From Patescibacteria group bacterium (GTDB taxonomy: Bacteria > Patescibacteriota > Minisyncoccia > JACQLN01): 64,000 bases of DNA. Shown one piece after another: positions 35,760 through 47,409 of the stretch. The notes under the pieces are model-generated. The model did no database searches and was not told the DNA's origin. It was given only the letters and a program-made list of their open reading frames with translations. Where the stretch lies: NCBI GenBank assembly GCA_038065095.1, contig JBBTRR010000006.1:84713-148712 (forward strand), written 5' to 3'. A program made the translations under genes and the position numbers. Position 1 is the stretch's first letter, and the number at the start of each line of letters is the position of its first letter.

Positions 35760-37616
35760 ATGCAGGGTTCTAATTTCTACCCCGAAGAACTAACTATCCT
35801 AGATAAAACAAATCTTGGCTCAAGTTATGCCGAGACTTTTGTTTTTGTGCCTTCTAATAAAGACGAATCTCAACTAGGCAGTCTTTTTATAGTAGCTGAA
35901 GCTTCTTCTAATAAACCAAAAAAAGAAAATGCCGAACTTATAAGCGAGATGACTACCGTAATAAAAAATGAGTATTATCAAAATACTTTAGTTACACCAA
36001 TGTCAGCCTTAAAATTTTCTTTAAAAAGAGTTAATAGTCTTTTAACTAGTAAAAAAAATTGGGTAAACACAGCTTCCGCTTTAAAACTCAAAATACTTAT
36101 AGTCTCGCTTAAAGAAAATAAATTGCATATTGCCCGACTAGGTGATGCTACTGCTTTTGTTTTAAGAAATGGCAACCTTCAATCTATAGTTGCTGGTTCT
36201 AATAATCAAAATTCCAGTAATTTTTCTTTTGAAAATATTATAAGCGGAGAACTTCTACCAAACGATCACGTATTATTAGCCACCAACCAAATTTATAAAA
36301 TTGATGAAAAAGAAATAGCTAAAAAGTTACAAGAAAAGATAATAGCAAGTTATCTTTCTAAAAATAACGGTGGTATAAAAAGTTTGGCACTGATAAGCCT
36401 GCATCCCGTTAAAGACGGCAAACCGTCTTTAACGCAAACCCCTTCTTTGCCCTCACTCATATCCATAAATAATACAGAAGCCAACATACCCGATAACAAT
36501 GCACCAGAAAGAAATGTATCTAAAATATTTAAACTTGGTATTGTAATAACTATTTTAATTGTAGCAATTTCTTCTATAACCATCGTATCTATTAAAATAA
36601 AAAACGAAACATCACAAAACAAAAAGGAAGCCGAGCAATTATTACAAGAAGTATCCGATATAAAGACCAAAATAAACGACCTACTGGCTACCAATAACGA
36701 AACCGAAGCTAACGAACTTTTAGTTTCTGCTCAAGCCAAACTAAACCGCTTAGCCCAGCTCGATTATTTTAAAACAACCCGCTCTACTTTGGCTGTGGAC
36801 ATAAATAAAATTTATAAAGAATTAAGCAAAGAAGAAAACATAAACAAAATAAATAAAGTTTTTGATTTAGAAAATAATTCTGTAAGTTTTGAACCGACCA
36901 AAATTGCTTTGGGTAAAAATAAAATATTTGTACTAAGTGGTGAAAACTTTTATAAATTTGATTTTAATAAAGCCGAAGGTGTTTTTGATTCTATAGAAAA
37001 AGGCAGCCAGCTAGTTGCATCCTTATTAAAACCAGAAGATCCTAATTCACAACTTCTTATAACCCAAGATAAGATAATGGAAGAAAAAGGAGATTCCGAA
37101 AATAAAACTTATTGGATACGACCCGAAAATTTTCCCGCCATAAAAGATGTAGCGATTTATAGTAATTCTTTCTATCTCTTGAGTGAAGATGGCTTAATTT
37201 ATAAACTGCCATTTACTGTATCATCAACCACGGATATTATCTTTAATGAAACTGAGTTATGGACTAAAAAAAACCTAACCCCTAGTGGTGAGTCACTAAT
37301 CACTAATCTCGCCGTTGAAGGTTCAGTTTTTGGATTATCCAATAAAAATACTTTAGTAGAACTTATAAATGGCGATATTAAAAATAAAAAGGTTTTCTTG
37401 GAAAACATAAGCCAAATTTTTACTTCGCCTTCGCATAAAAATATATATCTTTTAAGCCAAGACGATGGCTTAATAATAGTTTTAGATAAAGACTTAAACA
37501 TTAAAAAAAGACTTAACCACAACGAACTTGTCAGGGCTAAGTCTTTTATTGTTAATTCTCAAGAAAGAATTATATATTTTCTAAAAGGTAAAACAGTCTA
37601 CAGCTTTGAAATCTAG
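35760..37616 (+). CDS. Hypothetical bitopic membrane protein (618 aa)
   Basis: Central TM IVITILIVAISSITIVSI; no confident family assignment. Confidence 0.45.
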   Translation: MQGSNFYPEELTILDKTNLGSSYAETFVFVPSNKDESQLGSLFIVAEASSNKPKKENAELISEMTTVIKNEYYQNTLVTPMSALKFSLKRVNSLLTSKKNWVNTASALKLKILIVSLKENKLHIARLGDATAFVLRNGNLQSIVAGSNNQNSSNFSFENIISGELLPNDHVLLATNQIYKIDEKEIAKKLQEKIIASYLSKNNGGIKSLALISLHPVKDGKPSLTQTPSLPSLISINNTEANIPDNNAPERNVSKIFKLGIVITILIVAISSITIVSIKIKNETSQNKKEAEQLLQEVSDIKTKINDLLATNNETEANELLVSAQAKLNRLAQLDYFKTTRSTLAVDINKIYKELSKEENINKINKVFDLENNSVSFEPTKIALGKNKIFVLSGENFYKFDFNKAEGVFDSIEKGSQLVASLLKPEDPNSQLLITQDKIMEEKGDSENKTYWIRPENFPAIKDVAIYSNSFYLLSEDGLIYKLPFTVSSTTDIIFNETELWTKKNLTPSGESLITNLAVEGSVFGLSNKNTLVELINGDIKNKKVFLENISQIFTSPSHKNIYLLSQDDGLIIVLDKDLNIKKRLNHNELVRAKSFIVNSQERIIYFLKGKTVYSFEI

Positions 37617-37691
37617 CTTTCAGCTTCATTAGCTTCTTTAGTTTTTAGGAATTTCCTAAACCAGCTAAAGAAGCTAACAAGCTAACGAAGC
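37617..37691. repeat. PAL repeat, copy 3
   Basis: tagctttcagcttcattagcttctttagtttttaggaatttcctaaaccagctaaagaagctaacaagctaacgaagct; central ttaggaatttcctaa dyad. Confidence 0.7.
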
Positions 37692-38096
37692 TTATTTGAT
37701 TTCTGCCTTTGCACCTGCTTCTTCTAATTTCTTCTTCATTTCTTCGGCTTCGGCTTCGGCCACGCCTGTTTTTATAACCTTAGGCGCACCATCAACTAAA
37801 TCTTTGGCTTCTTTAAGACCAAGGCTAGTAAGTTCTCGCACAACTTTAATAACCGCAATTTTTTGCACACCAGCTTCTTTTAATTCAACATCAAAAGTTG
37901 ACTTTTCCTCCGCCGCGTTTGACGCGGTTCCACTATTACCACCACTCATTGCAACTGGAGCGGCAGCCGACACGCCAAACTTAACTTCTAAAACTTTAAC
38001 CAACTCGGCTAATTCCATTACATTCATTTTTTCTACAGTTTCTACCAAATTTTTAAACTTGGCAGGAATTTCTACATTGTTTTTTATTTCTTCCAT
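37692..38096 (-). CDS. rplL: 50S ribosomal protein L7/L12
   Basis: 134 aa; ...[22 protein letters not shown]... and C-terminal [40 protein letters not shown]. Confidence 0.9.
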   Translation of the reverse strand: MEEIKNNVEIPAKFKNLVETVEKMNVMELAELVKVLEVKFGVSAAAPVAMSGGNSGTASNAAEEKSTFDVELKEAGVQKIAVIKVVRELTSLGLKEAKDLVDGAPKVIKTGVAEAEAEEMKKKLEEAGAKAEIK

Positions 38097-38188
38097 ATTA
38101 TTTTTATTTTAGCTTTCAGCTTTTAGCTTCACTAGCTTTTAGAATTTACTAACTAGCTAATGAAGCTAACAGCTAACGAAGCTGATTT
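38097..38188. repeat. PAL repeat, copy 4
   Basis: tagctttcagcttttagcttcactagct...agctaatgaagctaacagctaacgaagct. Confidence 0.7.
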
Positions 38189-38710
38189 TTATTTTTTACT
38201 AATTCCATCTAACACTCTCGCAAACCCACTCACCGGCGACATCAAAAGCTGAACAACTTGTGAAAGTAAAACCTCTCTTGTTGGTAATTGAGCCAAACTT
38301 ATAACTGCATTCTTTAACATCTTCTCCCCCATTAAGAACCCGCCCAGTATTGCTAATTTCTTTGTTTGCAGAGAAAACTTATAAACAATTTTTGCCATAA
38401 CTGCATCTAATTCGCCACTTGTGGTAGACGAACCACTTGTGGTGAGCGGAGCCGAACCATAAACTATTGCAACTGAATTTTTATGGTCCGAGAAATCCAT
38501 TTCCTCTCTACCTGATTTCTTAAAAGCAAAAGTTAAAAGAGATTTTTTAAGCGCTTTAAACTTTATACCTTCTTTTTTTAGATCTTTCTTTAAAGCTATA
38601 ATTTCGCCCATATTTAAAGCAGAAAAATCAACAAAAAGAATACTGGCATTATTTTTTAATATATCGGCTAACTCTTCTACTAACTTTATTTTTTGAGCTT
38701 TTGTTAACAT
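38189..38710 (-). CDS. rplJ: 50S ribosomal protein L10
   Basis: 173 aa; MLTKAQKIKLVEELADILKNNASILFVDFSALNMGEIIALKKDLKKEGIKFKALKKSLL typical uL10. Confidence 0.85.
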   Translation of the reverse strand: MLTKAQKIKLVEELADILKNNASILFVDFSALNMGEIIALKKDLKKEGIKFKALKKSLLTFAFKKSGREEMDFSDHKNSVAIVYGSAPLTTSGSSTTSGELDAVMAKIVYKFSLQTKKLAILGGFLMGEKMLKNAVISLAQLPTREVLLSQVVQLLMSPVSGFARVLDGISKK

Positions 38711-38894
38711 AATAATAAGTTTTCGCTAATATACTAATTTGCACGAATATAGCTAATAAAAACGCTCCGCAGCTTGCGGAGCGAAAAAACCCATAAGTAA
38801 AGGTTTTTGTTCGCTCGACGGGACTTAACTTTAACGCCCGTTTTCTACGCAAACTTAAGGTGTTGCAATACTAGCACAAGGGACTAAAGCAGGT

Positions 38895-38987
38895 CAAGAT
38901 TAGCTGCATTAGCTTCATTAGCTTGTTAGCTGGTTAGGAAATTCCTAAAAACTAAAGAAGCTGAAAGCTAACGAAGCTAATTATAAG
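38895..38987. repeat. PAL repeat, copy 5
   Basis: ttagctgcattagcttcattagcttgttagctggttaggaaattcctaaaaactaaagaagctgaaagctaacgaagctaa. Confidence 0.7.
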
Positions 38988-41900
38988 CTATTCTCTAAAC
39001 CCCGTACCGGCAGGAATTAATCGGCCTACTATAACATTTTCCTTTAAGCCTCTTAAGCCATCTTCTTTAGCTTCAATAGCAGCATTTATTAAACTACGAG
39101 CTGTTTCTTGGAATGACGCGGCGGAAAGGAAACTTTCTGTAGTTAATGACACCTTAGTTATACCCAACAATAATTGTTCATATGTAGCCTTTTTCATCTT
39201 TCCCCCCCCTTGCCCCGAGCTTGTCGAGGGATTTTTATCCACCTTGTCCAACTTGGCATTTTCAGACCAAACCTGCCATTTCTCGGAAACTTCACCTGGT
39301 AAAAGCTTGGTATCACCTGGATCTAAAATTCTTACGCGTGACAACATTTGTCGCGCAATAACTTCTAAATATTTTTCGTTAATAGAAGCGCCTTGAGTAA
39401 CATAAATAGTCTCAACTTCTTTTACAATGTAACGCTCCACAGCTTCTTGCCCAGCTAAAGCGAATAAATCTTGTAGGTTTAAATTACCTTCCGAAATTTG
39501 CGAGCCCTTAGCAATCAAATCGCCTTTTTCAACAAATACACTCACATTCACCGGTAAACTATATTCTTTAATATCATCTTTGCCAGATTTTGTTTCAACT
39601 CTAATTTTAATTATTTTTTGATTACCCTGCGAAGAAACTTCTTCTACCTTGCCATCGTATTCCGAAATTATAGCCTGTCCCTTTGGCGGACGAACCTCAA
39701 AAACTTCTTCTACACGAGGCAAACCCTGTGTAATGTCGGAAACTCCAGCCACACCTCCAACATGAAAAGTTCTCATGGTAAGCTGTGTGCCTGGTTCACC
39801 AATAGCTTGAGCCGTTACAATACCCACCGCCTCACCCATTTTTACCAAAGAGTTTGAACCAAGATCGTAACCAAAACATTTAGCACAAATTCCTTTAATA
39901 CTTTTACACCTTAAGACTGAACGTAATTTAAGTTGTTTAAGTTCGGCATCATCAATTTTTTTAGCTTGATCACGATTAACAAGTTCGTTCTTTTTTACAA
40001 TAACTTTACCAGAAGAATTTTTTATATCTTCGGCCACCGCGCGTCCCAAAGCCCTCTCACCCAAAGACATTTTAATATCATCACCATCTTCCTTATATTT
40101 AATTACGCCTTCGGTGTCGCCACAATCATCTTCGCGCACCACAACATCTTGGGCTACATCCACCAAACGACGAGTTAAATAACCAGCCGCCGCAGTCTTT
40201 AAAGCAGTGTCGGTTGTACCTTTTCTAGCACCGTGCGTAGAAATAAAATATTCCAAAACATTAAAACCTTCTTTAAACGATGGGATAATTGGCAGTTCGA
40301 TGGTTTCTCCAGCGGGGTTAATAACCACACCTTTCATACCAGCCATCTGAGTTAACTGACTAATGTTACCACGCGAACCCGAATCAAAAATCATAAATAC
40401 TGGGTTCGCTTTATGCATTGTTGGCGGAACTAATTTAGCAATTTGTTCTTTGGTTTTATGCCAAACAGAGATAGATTTTGATTTTCTTTCTTCCAAAGTT
40501 AAAAGACCGTGCATAAAGTGTTCACGAATTTTTTCTACCTCCTTCATAGCCACCGCTATAATAGCTTCCTTTTCTTCTGGAACTATAATATCGTTCATGC
40601 CCCAAGAAATTCCACTGCGTGTTGAATAATCAAAACCAAGATCTTTAATATCGTCCAACATTTTAACAACTTCTGGTTGAGGAAAATTCTGAATAACCTC
40701 GCTGGTTAGTTTAACCAACTTTTTACGGTTCATTGTTTCGTTAATATAAGGAACTTCTTTTGGTAAAATTTTATTAAACAAAATTCTACCAACCGATGTT
40801 TCCATAAATTCTCCACCAGATTTGGCAAATCTAACTTTTATTTTTGCGCGTAAATCTACTTCGTTAAAATCGTAAGCTAAAATAGCCTCATTAGCCGAAC
40901 CAAATGTTTTACCTGCCCCTTTTAATCCCGTTCCACCCTTTTCTCCCGTTTCCCCCTCTGATGTCATCCAGTAAATTCCAAGAACCATATCTTTTTGCGG
41001 ATCCACAATAGCTTCGCCGGTAGAAGGTTTTAACAAGTTTTTAGACGAAAGCATTATTTCCTTAGCTTCTTTTTGAGCTATATCGGAAAGTGGCAAGTGC
41101 ACGGCCATTTGGTCGCCGTCAAAATCGGCATTAAAAGCTTGGCACACCAAAGGATGAACTTGGATAGCAGAACCCTCGATCAATATAGGTTGAAAAGCCT
41201 GAATACCTAAACGGTGCAATGTTGGCGCGCGGTTAAGCAAAATAACTCTATCGGCAATTACTTCTTCTAAAGATTCCCAAACAATATCAACCTCGTCTTC
41301 TATTAAGCGTGAAGCGTTACGGATATTGGAAGCCACTTCTTTTTGGTAAATAAGTTTATGAATAACAAATGGTTTAAAAATTTCTAAAGCCATTCTCTTA
41401 GGTAACCCAGCTTGATGAAGTTTCAAACCAGGACCCACCACAATAACCGAACGACCAGAATAATCCACGCGTTTACCCAAAAGGTTTTGACGGAATCGGC
41501 CTTGCTTACCTTTCAACATATCGGCGAGAGATTTGAGAGCGCGCTTACCACCACCAGCCGTAGTCGCTGTAGGTTCACTGCCACGATGTGCCGAATTATC
41601 TATTAGCGCATCCACCGCTTCCTGCAACATTCTTTTTTCGTTTCTAACAATAACTTCTGGAGATTTGAGTTCTATAAGTTTCTTTAAACGATTATTACGG
41701 TTAATAACACGCCTGTATAAATCATTAACATCAGAAGTAGCATATCTACCACCATCTAATGGAACCATTGGGCGTAAATCTGGCGGAATAACAGGTAGAA
41801 CCGAAATAAACATCCACTCTGGGCGAAGTTTATTTCTACTTAAAGATTCAACCAGCCTTAAACGACGCAATATTTTCTTTTTATCGCCGGTTTCGTCTAT

Positions 41901-42632
41901 GTCTCCTAATTTCTTTAAAACTTCATTCTTAAGTGCTTCTAAATCCATTTGTTCAAAAATTCTTCTAACAGCCTCGGCGCCAATATCAGCTTTAAAAACT
42001 TCGCCATATTTTACCGAAAGATCATAATATTGAGCTTCGGAAATAACCTGAAATTTTTTAATTTTATTTAACTCATCTACCGCAGTATCACGTAACGATT
42101 TAAGTTCACGCTGACCGCCTTTAGTTGTTTGAAGTTTTAATTTGGTTTTATATTCTTTCTCTATTTCGGATAAAACATTTAAGCGAGCTTCTTCATCTAC
42201 TTCTATTATTATATAAGCTGCAAAATAAATTACTTTTTCTAATTCTTGAACACCCAGATTAAGCAATAAACCCATTTTTGATGGTAAACCGCGTAAAAAC
42301 CAAATATGGCTAACCGGCGCCGCCAAAGTTATATGCCCCATTCTTTCACGCCTAACAATGGCCCGAGTTACCTCTACTCCGCATTTATCGCAAACAATAC
42401 CCTTATATCTTATACGGCGATATTTTCCGCAATAACATTCCCAATCTTTGGTAGGGCCAAAAATCGCTTCCGAAAATAAACCTTCTTTTTCGGGTTTTTG
42501 GGTGCGGTAATTTATGGTTTCTGGTTTTATAACTTCGCCATAAGACCAGCCCAAAATATCGTCGGGCGAAGCCAAACGTATTCTTATAGCTTTAAAATCT
42601 TTTAAATTTGGTGGAATGGATGTTTTTGGCAT
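38988..42632 (-). CDS. rpoC: DNA-directed RNA polymerase subunit beta'
   Basis: 1214 aa; NADFDGD catalytic motif, zinc-binding CGKYRRIRYKGIVCDKCGVEV, full beta' domain order. Confidence 0.95.
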   Translation of the reverse strand: MPKTSIPPNLKDFKAIRIRLASPDDILGWSYGEVIKPETINYRTQKPEKEGLFSEAIFGPTKDWECYCGKYRRIRYKGIVCDKCGVEVTRAIVRRERMGHITLAAPVSHIWFLRGLPSKMGLLLNLGVQELEKVIYFAAYIIIEVDEEARLNVLSEIEKEYKTKLKLQTTKGGQRELKSLRDTAVDELNKIKKFQVISEAQYYDLSVKYGEVFKADIGAEAVRRIFEQMDLEALKNEVLKKLGDIDETGDKKKILRRLRLVESLSRNKLRPEWMFISVLPVIPPDLRPMVPLDGGRYATSDVNDLYRRVINRNNRLKKLIELKSPEVIVRNEKRMLQEAVDALIDNSAHRGSEPTATTAGGGKRALKSLADMLKGKQGRFRQNLLGKRVDYSGRSVIVVGPGLKLHQAGLPKRMALEIFKPFVIHKLIYQKEVASNIRNASRLIEDEVDIVWESLEEVIADRVILLNRAPTLHRLGIQAFQPILIEGSAIQVHPLVCQAFNADFDGDQMAVHLPLSDIAQKEAKEIMLSSKNLLKPSTGEAIVDPQKDMVLGIYWMTSEGETGEKGGTGLKGAGKTFGSANEAILAYDFNEVDLRAKIKVRFAKSGGEFMETSVGRILFNKILPKEVPYINETMNRKKLVKLTSEVIQNFPQPEVVKMLDDIKDLGFDYSTRSGISWGMNDIIVPEEKEAIIAVAMKEVEKIREHFMHGLLTLEERKSKSISVWHKTKEQIAKLVPPTMHKANPVFMIFDSGSRGNISQLTQMAGMKGVVINPAGETIELPIIPSFKEGFNVLEYFISTHGARKGTTDTALKTAAAGYLTRRLVDVAQDVVVREDDCGDTEGVIKYKEDGDDIKMSLGERALGRAVAEDIKNSSGKVIVKKNELVNRDQAKKIDDAELKQLKLRSVLRCKSIKGICAKCFGYDLGSNSLVKMGEAVGIVTAQAIGEPGTQLTMRTFHVGGVAGVSDITQGLPRVEEVFEVRPPKGQAIISEYDGKVEEVSSQGNQKIIKIRVETKSGKDDIKEYSLPVNVSVFVEKGDLIAKGSQISEGNLNLQDLFALAGQEAVERYIVKEVETIYVTQGASINEKYLEVIARQMLSRVRILDPGDTKLLPGEVSEKWQVWSENAKLDKVDKNPSTSSGQGGGKMKKATYEQLLLGITKVSLTTESFLSAASFQETARSLINAAIEAKEDGLRGLKENVIVGRLIPAGTGFRE

Positions 42633-42719
42633 GTGTTAGCTTTTAGCTTTCAGCTTCTTTAGTTTTTAGGTCTAACCTAACAAGCTAATGAAGCTAACGA
42701 AGCTAATTTTTACAGGCTT
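42633..42719. repeat. PAL repeat, copy 6 (between rpoB and rpoC)
   Basis: ttagcttttagctttcagcttctttagtttttaggtctaacctaacaagctaatgaagctaacgaagctaa. Confidence 0.7.
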
Positions 42720-45700
42720 TTAACTTTCTATTTTGAATTCTTCTTTTATATTTTCTCTAATTTCACTGGGCGGGAGGACCTCTTCCCCGATAAGTTCTAC
42801 GTTAAGCCCCAAGCCTTTCATTTCATTTACCAAAACAAAAAATGAAGCTGGAATATTAGGAGTTCTAATTGTCTCTCCCTTAATAATACTTTCGTAAGCA
42901 TAACCACGGCCAACCACATCGTCCGATTTAATCGTTAACATTTCCTGCAAAATATTGGCAGCGCCATAACCTTCCAAAGCCCAAACTTCCATTTCTCCAA
43001 ACCTCTGACCACCAAATTGAGCTTTACCGCCCAAAGGTTGTTGAGTAATAAGCGAGTATGGCCCAATAGAACGCATATGCAACTTGTCTTCAACCAAGTG
43101 GTTAAGTTTCATCATATAAATAATTCCCACTGTAACTGTTTGAGAAAACCTTTCGCCTGTTTTACCATCGTGTAAAACTACTTTACCATCTTCGGGTAAA
43201 CCAGCCTCTTTAAGTTCGGCTCTAATTTCGTCTTCAGTAGCGCCCGCCAAAGCTGGCGTAGCCGCCCTTATGCCTTTGGCTTTCATAGCCCAACCCAAAT
43301 GAGTTTCTAAAATTTGACCAATGTTCATACGACTAGCCACACCTAATGGATTTAAAATAATATCTACACTTCGGCCATCTTCCATATACGGCATTTCTTC
43401 TTCTGGTAAAATCATAGAAATAACACCTTTGTTGCCGTGTCTACCGGCTAATTTATCGCCTACTGAAACTTTTCTGTATTCTGCAACTTCTACTTGAATT
43501 GTTTTTATAACGCCAGCCGGAAGTTTATGACCTTTATCACGTTCAAAAATTTTAATACCAACTATTCTACCCATTTTGCCGTGGGGTAAATGCAACGAGG
43601 CGTCTTTAACATCGCGAGCTTTTTCACCAAATATGGCACGCAATAATCTTTCTTCGGCGGTAAGATCGGCTTCACCTTTAGGAGAAATCTTGCCCACTAA
43701 AATATCGCCTTGACCCACTTCGGCACCAATGCGCACAATACCTTCTTCGTCTAAATCTTTTAATTTTTCTTCGGAAACATTGGGAATATCGGGCGTAGTA
43801 ATTTCTGGTCCAAGTTTTGTTTCGCGCACATCTATAGAATAACTTTCAATGTGAATGGAGGAAAAAATATCTTGCTGTACAATTTTTTCCGAAAGTATAA
43901 TAGCGTCTTCAAAGTTTCCGCCACGCCAACTCATAAAAGCTACTGTTAAATTTTGACCCAAAGCCAAAGCGCCATCTTCGGTAGAAATACCATCAGCTAA
44001 AACTTCGCCTTTTTTAAACTTGGCTCCTTTGGACAGGCGAGGAAATTGGTTTAAAGAAGTATATTGGTTGGAACGCACAAAATTATGCAAATTATATTCT
44101 ACTATTTCGCCACCGCCCTTAACTGTTTCGGTATGAATAATTTTAAGCTCACCCCGCATCTTATCCTTAACCGACTTTACATATTTAACCTTAATTCTTT
44201 TACCATCTACAGCTTCAATTTCTCCGTCTTCTTCAGCTAAAATTACATAACCCGAATCCTGCACAGCTCTTTCTTCGGCGCCGGTGCCAACCAAAGGCAC
44301 TTGCGGTTTTACACAAGGCACAGCTTGGCGTTGCATATTAGAACCCATCAAAGCACGGTTAGCATCGTCATGCTCCAAGAAAGGAATAAGCGAGGTGGCG
44401 ATACTAATAATTTGTTGAGGTGAAACATCCATCAACTGAACTTTATTTTTTTCAACTAACGTCGGTTCGGTCAAATGGCGAACCTGAACAAGTTCGTCTA
44501 AAAAATTACCTTCGGCATTAACCTTAACTCCGCCGTGAGCAATATAATATTGCTCTTCGTCTAAAGCGTTAAGATATTTTATTTCGTCGGTTATTTTTCC
44601 ATTTTTAATAACCCTGTATGGAGTTTCTATAAATCCAAATTCATTTAATCTGGCATACGAAGCAAAATATTCTACCAAACCAATGTTTGGCCCTTCTGGT
44701 GTTTCAATAGGACAAATTCTGCCGTAGTGCGAAGTATGCACATCGCGAACTTCAAAACCAGCTCTTTCGCGAGCCAAACCCCCAGGCCCTAATGCGGAAA
44801 GACGGCGCTTGTGTTCCAATTCCGCCAAAGGATTTACTTGATCCATAAACTGCGACAACTGCGAAGAAGCAAAAAATTCTTTTACTACCGCAATAAGCGG
44901 GCGGGCGTTTATAAGCTGGGCTGGTGTAATTGTAGTTACATCCAGCGTAGACATTCTGTCTTTAGCAATTCTTTCTAAACGTGCAAAACCTAATCTTAAT
45001 CTTTGCTGAACCAACTCGCCCATAGCGCGAACTCGGCGATTGCCTAAATGGTCAATGTCGTCGGCTTTAGGAGGTTGTTCGTTATTTAATTTTATTATTT
45101 GAGAAATAATAGCTACCAAATCTGCTATATGCAAAACTCTGTCGCTGGAATTTTTATTTAAATCTTTTTCTTTAAGAAAAGATTTATGCTTGGCATCTTC
45201 TCCATCTCTTATAGCTTGTAATCTTTGTTCCATTTTCCATCGGCCAACTTCGGACAGATCGTATCTAGAACTACCAAACATAGCGTCTATTAAACTCTTG
45301 GCATTTTCGGCGGTAGCCATATCGCCTGGGCGAATACGTTTATATACCTCTATGTAAGCATCGCTCTGATTCTTTGCAATGTCTTTAGCTAAGGTATTTT
45401 TTATATAAGAAACATCAACCGATGTATCGTGCTTTTTAAAAGCATTTATTATATCTTCATCCTCTACCAAACCAAAAATTCTAAACAAAGAAGAGACAGG
45501 GACTTTACGTTTCCTATCTATTTTTACAGAAATTATTCCATCAAAATCAGTTTCAAATTCTAACCAAGCGCCTCGGTTAGGTATAATCTTAGCGCCAAAT
45601 TGATTTTTATTTTTTGGATTTTGAACAGTAAAGAAAACACCCGAAGAACGTATCAACTGCGAAACAATAACCCTCTCTACGCCGTTAATAATAAAGGTGC

Positions 45701-46055
45701 CACGAGAAGTCATTAAAGGAAAATCACCCAAGTAAATTTCTTGTTCCTTTATTTCGCCAGTATGTTTATTTTTTAATCTAGCTTTTAATCTTAGGGGAGC
45801 TTCGTAAGAAGTAAGATGTTCTCTGGACTGGTCTTGAGAATATTTTGGTTCATCAAAATAGTAGTCGCCAAAAGAAAGCTCTAAATTGCTTCCGGTATAA
45901 TCTTCTATAGGAGAAACTTCTTGAAATATTTCGGCAAGCCCCTTACTCAAAAACCATTTATATGAGTTTATTTGAACCTCTAAAAGGTTGGGTAGCGGGA
46001 ATGGTTTGTACTTATACGAGGAGAAGATTTTTTTCTTCATAAATATTTTTTCCAA
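42720..46055 (-). CDS. rpoB: DNA-directed RNA polymerase subunit beta
   Basis: 1111 aa; conserved beta motifs ([19 protein letters not shown], rifampicin-cluster region), full length. Confidence 0.95.
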   Translation of the reverse strand: MEKIFMKKKIFSSYKYKPFPLPNLLEVQINSYKWFLSKGLAEIFQEVSPIEDYTGSNLELSFGDYYFDEPKYSQDQSREHLTSYEAPLRLKARLKNKHTGEIKEQEIYLGDFPLMTSRGTFIINGVERVIVSQLIRSSGVFFTVQNPKNKNQFGAKIIPNRGAWLEFETDFDGIISVKIDRKRKVPVSSLFRIFGLVEDEDIINAFKKHDTSVDVSYIKNTLAKDIAKNQSDAYIEVYKRIRPGDMATAENAKSLIDAMFGSSRYDLSEVGRWKMEQRLQAIRDGEDAKHKSFLKEKDLNKNSSDRVLHIADLVAIISQIIKLNNEQPPKADDIDHLGNRRVRAMGELVQQRLRLGFARLERIAKDRMSTLDVTTITPAQLINARPLIAVVKEFFASSQLSQFMDQVNPLAELEHKRRLSALGPGGLARERAGFEVRDVHTSHYGRICPIETPEGPNIGLVEYFASYARLNEFGFIETPYRVIKNGKITDEIKYLNALDEEQYYIAHGGVKVNAEGNFLDELVQVRHLTEPTLVEKNKVQLMDVSPQQIISIATSLIPFLEHDDANRALMGSNMQRQAVPCVKPQVPLVGTGAEERAVQDSGYVILAEEDGEIEAVDGKRIKVKYVKSVKDKMRGELKIIHTETVKGGGEIVEYNLHNFVRSNQYTSLNQFPRLSKGAKFKKGEVLADGISTEDGALALGQNLTVAFMSWRGGNFEDAIILSEKIVQQDIFSSIHIESYSIDVRETKLGPEITTPDIPNVSEEKLKDLDEEGIVRIGAEVGQGDILVGKISPKGEADLTAEERLLRAIFGEKARDVKDASLHLPHGKMGRIVGIKIFERDKGHKLPAGVIKTIQVEVAEYRKVSVGDKLAGRHGNKGVISMILPEEEMPYMEDGRSVDIILNPLGVASRMNIGQILETHLGWAMKAKGIRAATPALAGATEDEIRAELKEAGLPEDGKVVLHDGKTGERFSQTVTVGIIYMMKLNHLVEDKLHMRSIGPYSLITQQPLGGKAQFGGQRFGEMEVWALEGYGAANILQEMLTIKSDDVVGRGYAYESIIKGETIRTPNIPASFFVLVNEMKGLGLNVELIGEEVLPPSEIRENIKEEFKIES

Positions 46056-46259
46056 TATTACCTATTTACAAAACCAAAAAACAGACACAAAAAATCCCAA
46101 CACCCATTGGGTTTATCAAGGTGTGTCTATTAACACTCTCTGCTTTTTGACGCGAGAGCCGAATAATTCATTTATATTTCTCTCCCACAGCTATTAGACT
46201 GCGGGTATTTCGATGTTCTGCAAAAACTTGCAAAACTCCCAAGATTTAATATCAATACC

Positions 46260-46289
46260 AGTATAATCTGTAAAGTGCTTACGAGTCAA
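46260..46289 (-). promoter_or_regulatory. Candidate sigma70-type promoter for rpoB-rpoC-rplJ-rplL
   Basis: Minus strand TTGACT-N18-TATACT about 200 nt upstream of rpoB start, overlapping 3' end of ftsW. Confidence 0.35.
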
Positions 46290-47406
46290 GTAGCACCATA
46301 TCCCTATCGGATCCTTTATAGTATATCCTTGCCTTCATAGCTTGAACTATACCCACGCCAACACACAAACTTACCAAATTAGAGCCCCCGTTTGAAACAA
46401 AAGACAAAGGAATACCTGTAATAGGCAAAAAACCTAGGTTTGCACCTATATTTATAACAAAATGAGTGCTTAAAACAACAACTATACCTGCTATAAACAG
46501 CTTAGAAAAGTTATCCGAAGCTAATAATATATTCCTATAAAACCTATAGAATATTATAAACCAACCCAACATAAGTGTGCCTATACCCAAAAGACCAAGT
46601 TCTTCGCCTATGGCAGCAAATATAAAATCAGTCTCATATTCGGGTAAAAACCCAAGGCGTGTTTCGGTGCCCCTACCTATACCCTTACCAAATAGCCCTC
46701 CGGAACCTATAGCTATCATAGCTTGCCTACTTTGATAAGAACCTCCCAAAGGGTCTCTGTCTGGATAAATAAAACTAGTTATTCTATTTTTTTGGTAATC
46801 GGCTAAACCATAATTCCACATAGCGAGCATAGCTATTAAAACTAAAAACACTATCGCCAGCACCTGTTGTGTTTTAATTCCAGCGAGTAGTATCATGCCA
46901 AACCACAAAACCAAAAGTATAACTGCCGAACCTAAGTCTGGATGTATAAGCACTAGCCCGGCTGGAATGCCAGCATATAAAAAAGAAATAATTATATTTT
47001 TCCACCTATGAAGCTCTATAAAACGGGAAGAAAAATATTTTGCTAAAACTGCAACTAAAATAATCTTAACCAGCTCCACTGGTTCAAAATTAAAAACACC
47101 AAACCTAAACCAACTGGTTACCCCTCTAACTTTAGCTCCAATAGCAAAAAGAATAAAAAGTAAAACTAAGCCGAAAGCGTAAATAGCAATTGTAAAAAAA
47201 GAGTTTTCTTTTAATATTCTCCAATCAAAAAAACTTAAAGCTAAAATTAATATAAATCCAAACGAACCAAAAATTAACTGACGCCAAAAAATCTGACGAC
47301 TTTCGGCGCTACCATAAAAAATTAAAAGTCCCATTACAAAAACCAAAGCCAGAGCACCTAGTAATACCCAATCTAAACGTTTTAAGTGAGAAAATAAACC
47401 TATCAT
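46279..47406 (-). CDS. ftsW: SEDS-family peptidoglycan polymerase FtsW/RodA
   Basis: 375 aa, ~10 TM, conserved SEDS motifs (FLPEYETDFIFAAIGEELG). Confidence 0.8.
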   Translation of the reverse strand: MIGLFSHLKRLDWVLLGALALVFVMGLLIFYGSAESRQIFWRQLIFGSFGFILILALSFFDWRILKENSFFTIAIYAFGLVLLFILFAIGAKVRGVTSWFRFGVFNFEPVELVKIILVAVLAKYFSSRFIELHRWKNIIISFLYAGIPAGLVLIHPDLGSAVILLVLWFGMILLAGIKTQQVLAIVFLVLIAMLAMWNYGLADYQKNRITSFIYPDRDPLGGSYQSRQAMIAIGSGGLFGKGIGRGTETRLGFLPEYETDFIFAAIGEELGLLGIGTLMLGWFIIFYRFYRNILLASDNFSKLFIAGIVVVLSTHFVINIGANLGFLPITGIPLSFVSNGGSNLVSLCVGVGIVQAMKARIYYKGSDRDMVLLDS

Positions 47407-47409
47407 AGG

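Noticed and set aside
40920-40965. Possible in-frame insertion of the CCCTTTTCTCCC motif in rpoC (GETGEKGGTG)
   Set aside because: This region of beta' is naturally variable and Gly/Glu-rich in other bacteria (E. coli NAKGEGMVLTG). I cannot show an insertion without an alignment, so it is reported only as a motif occurrence.
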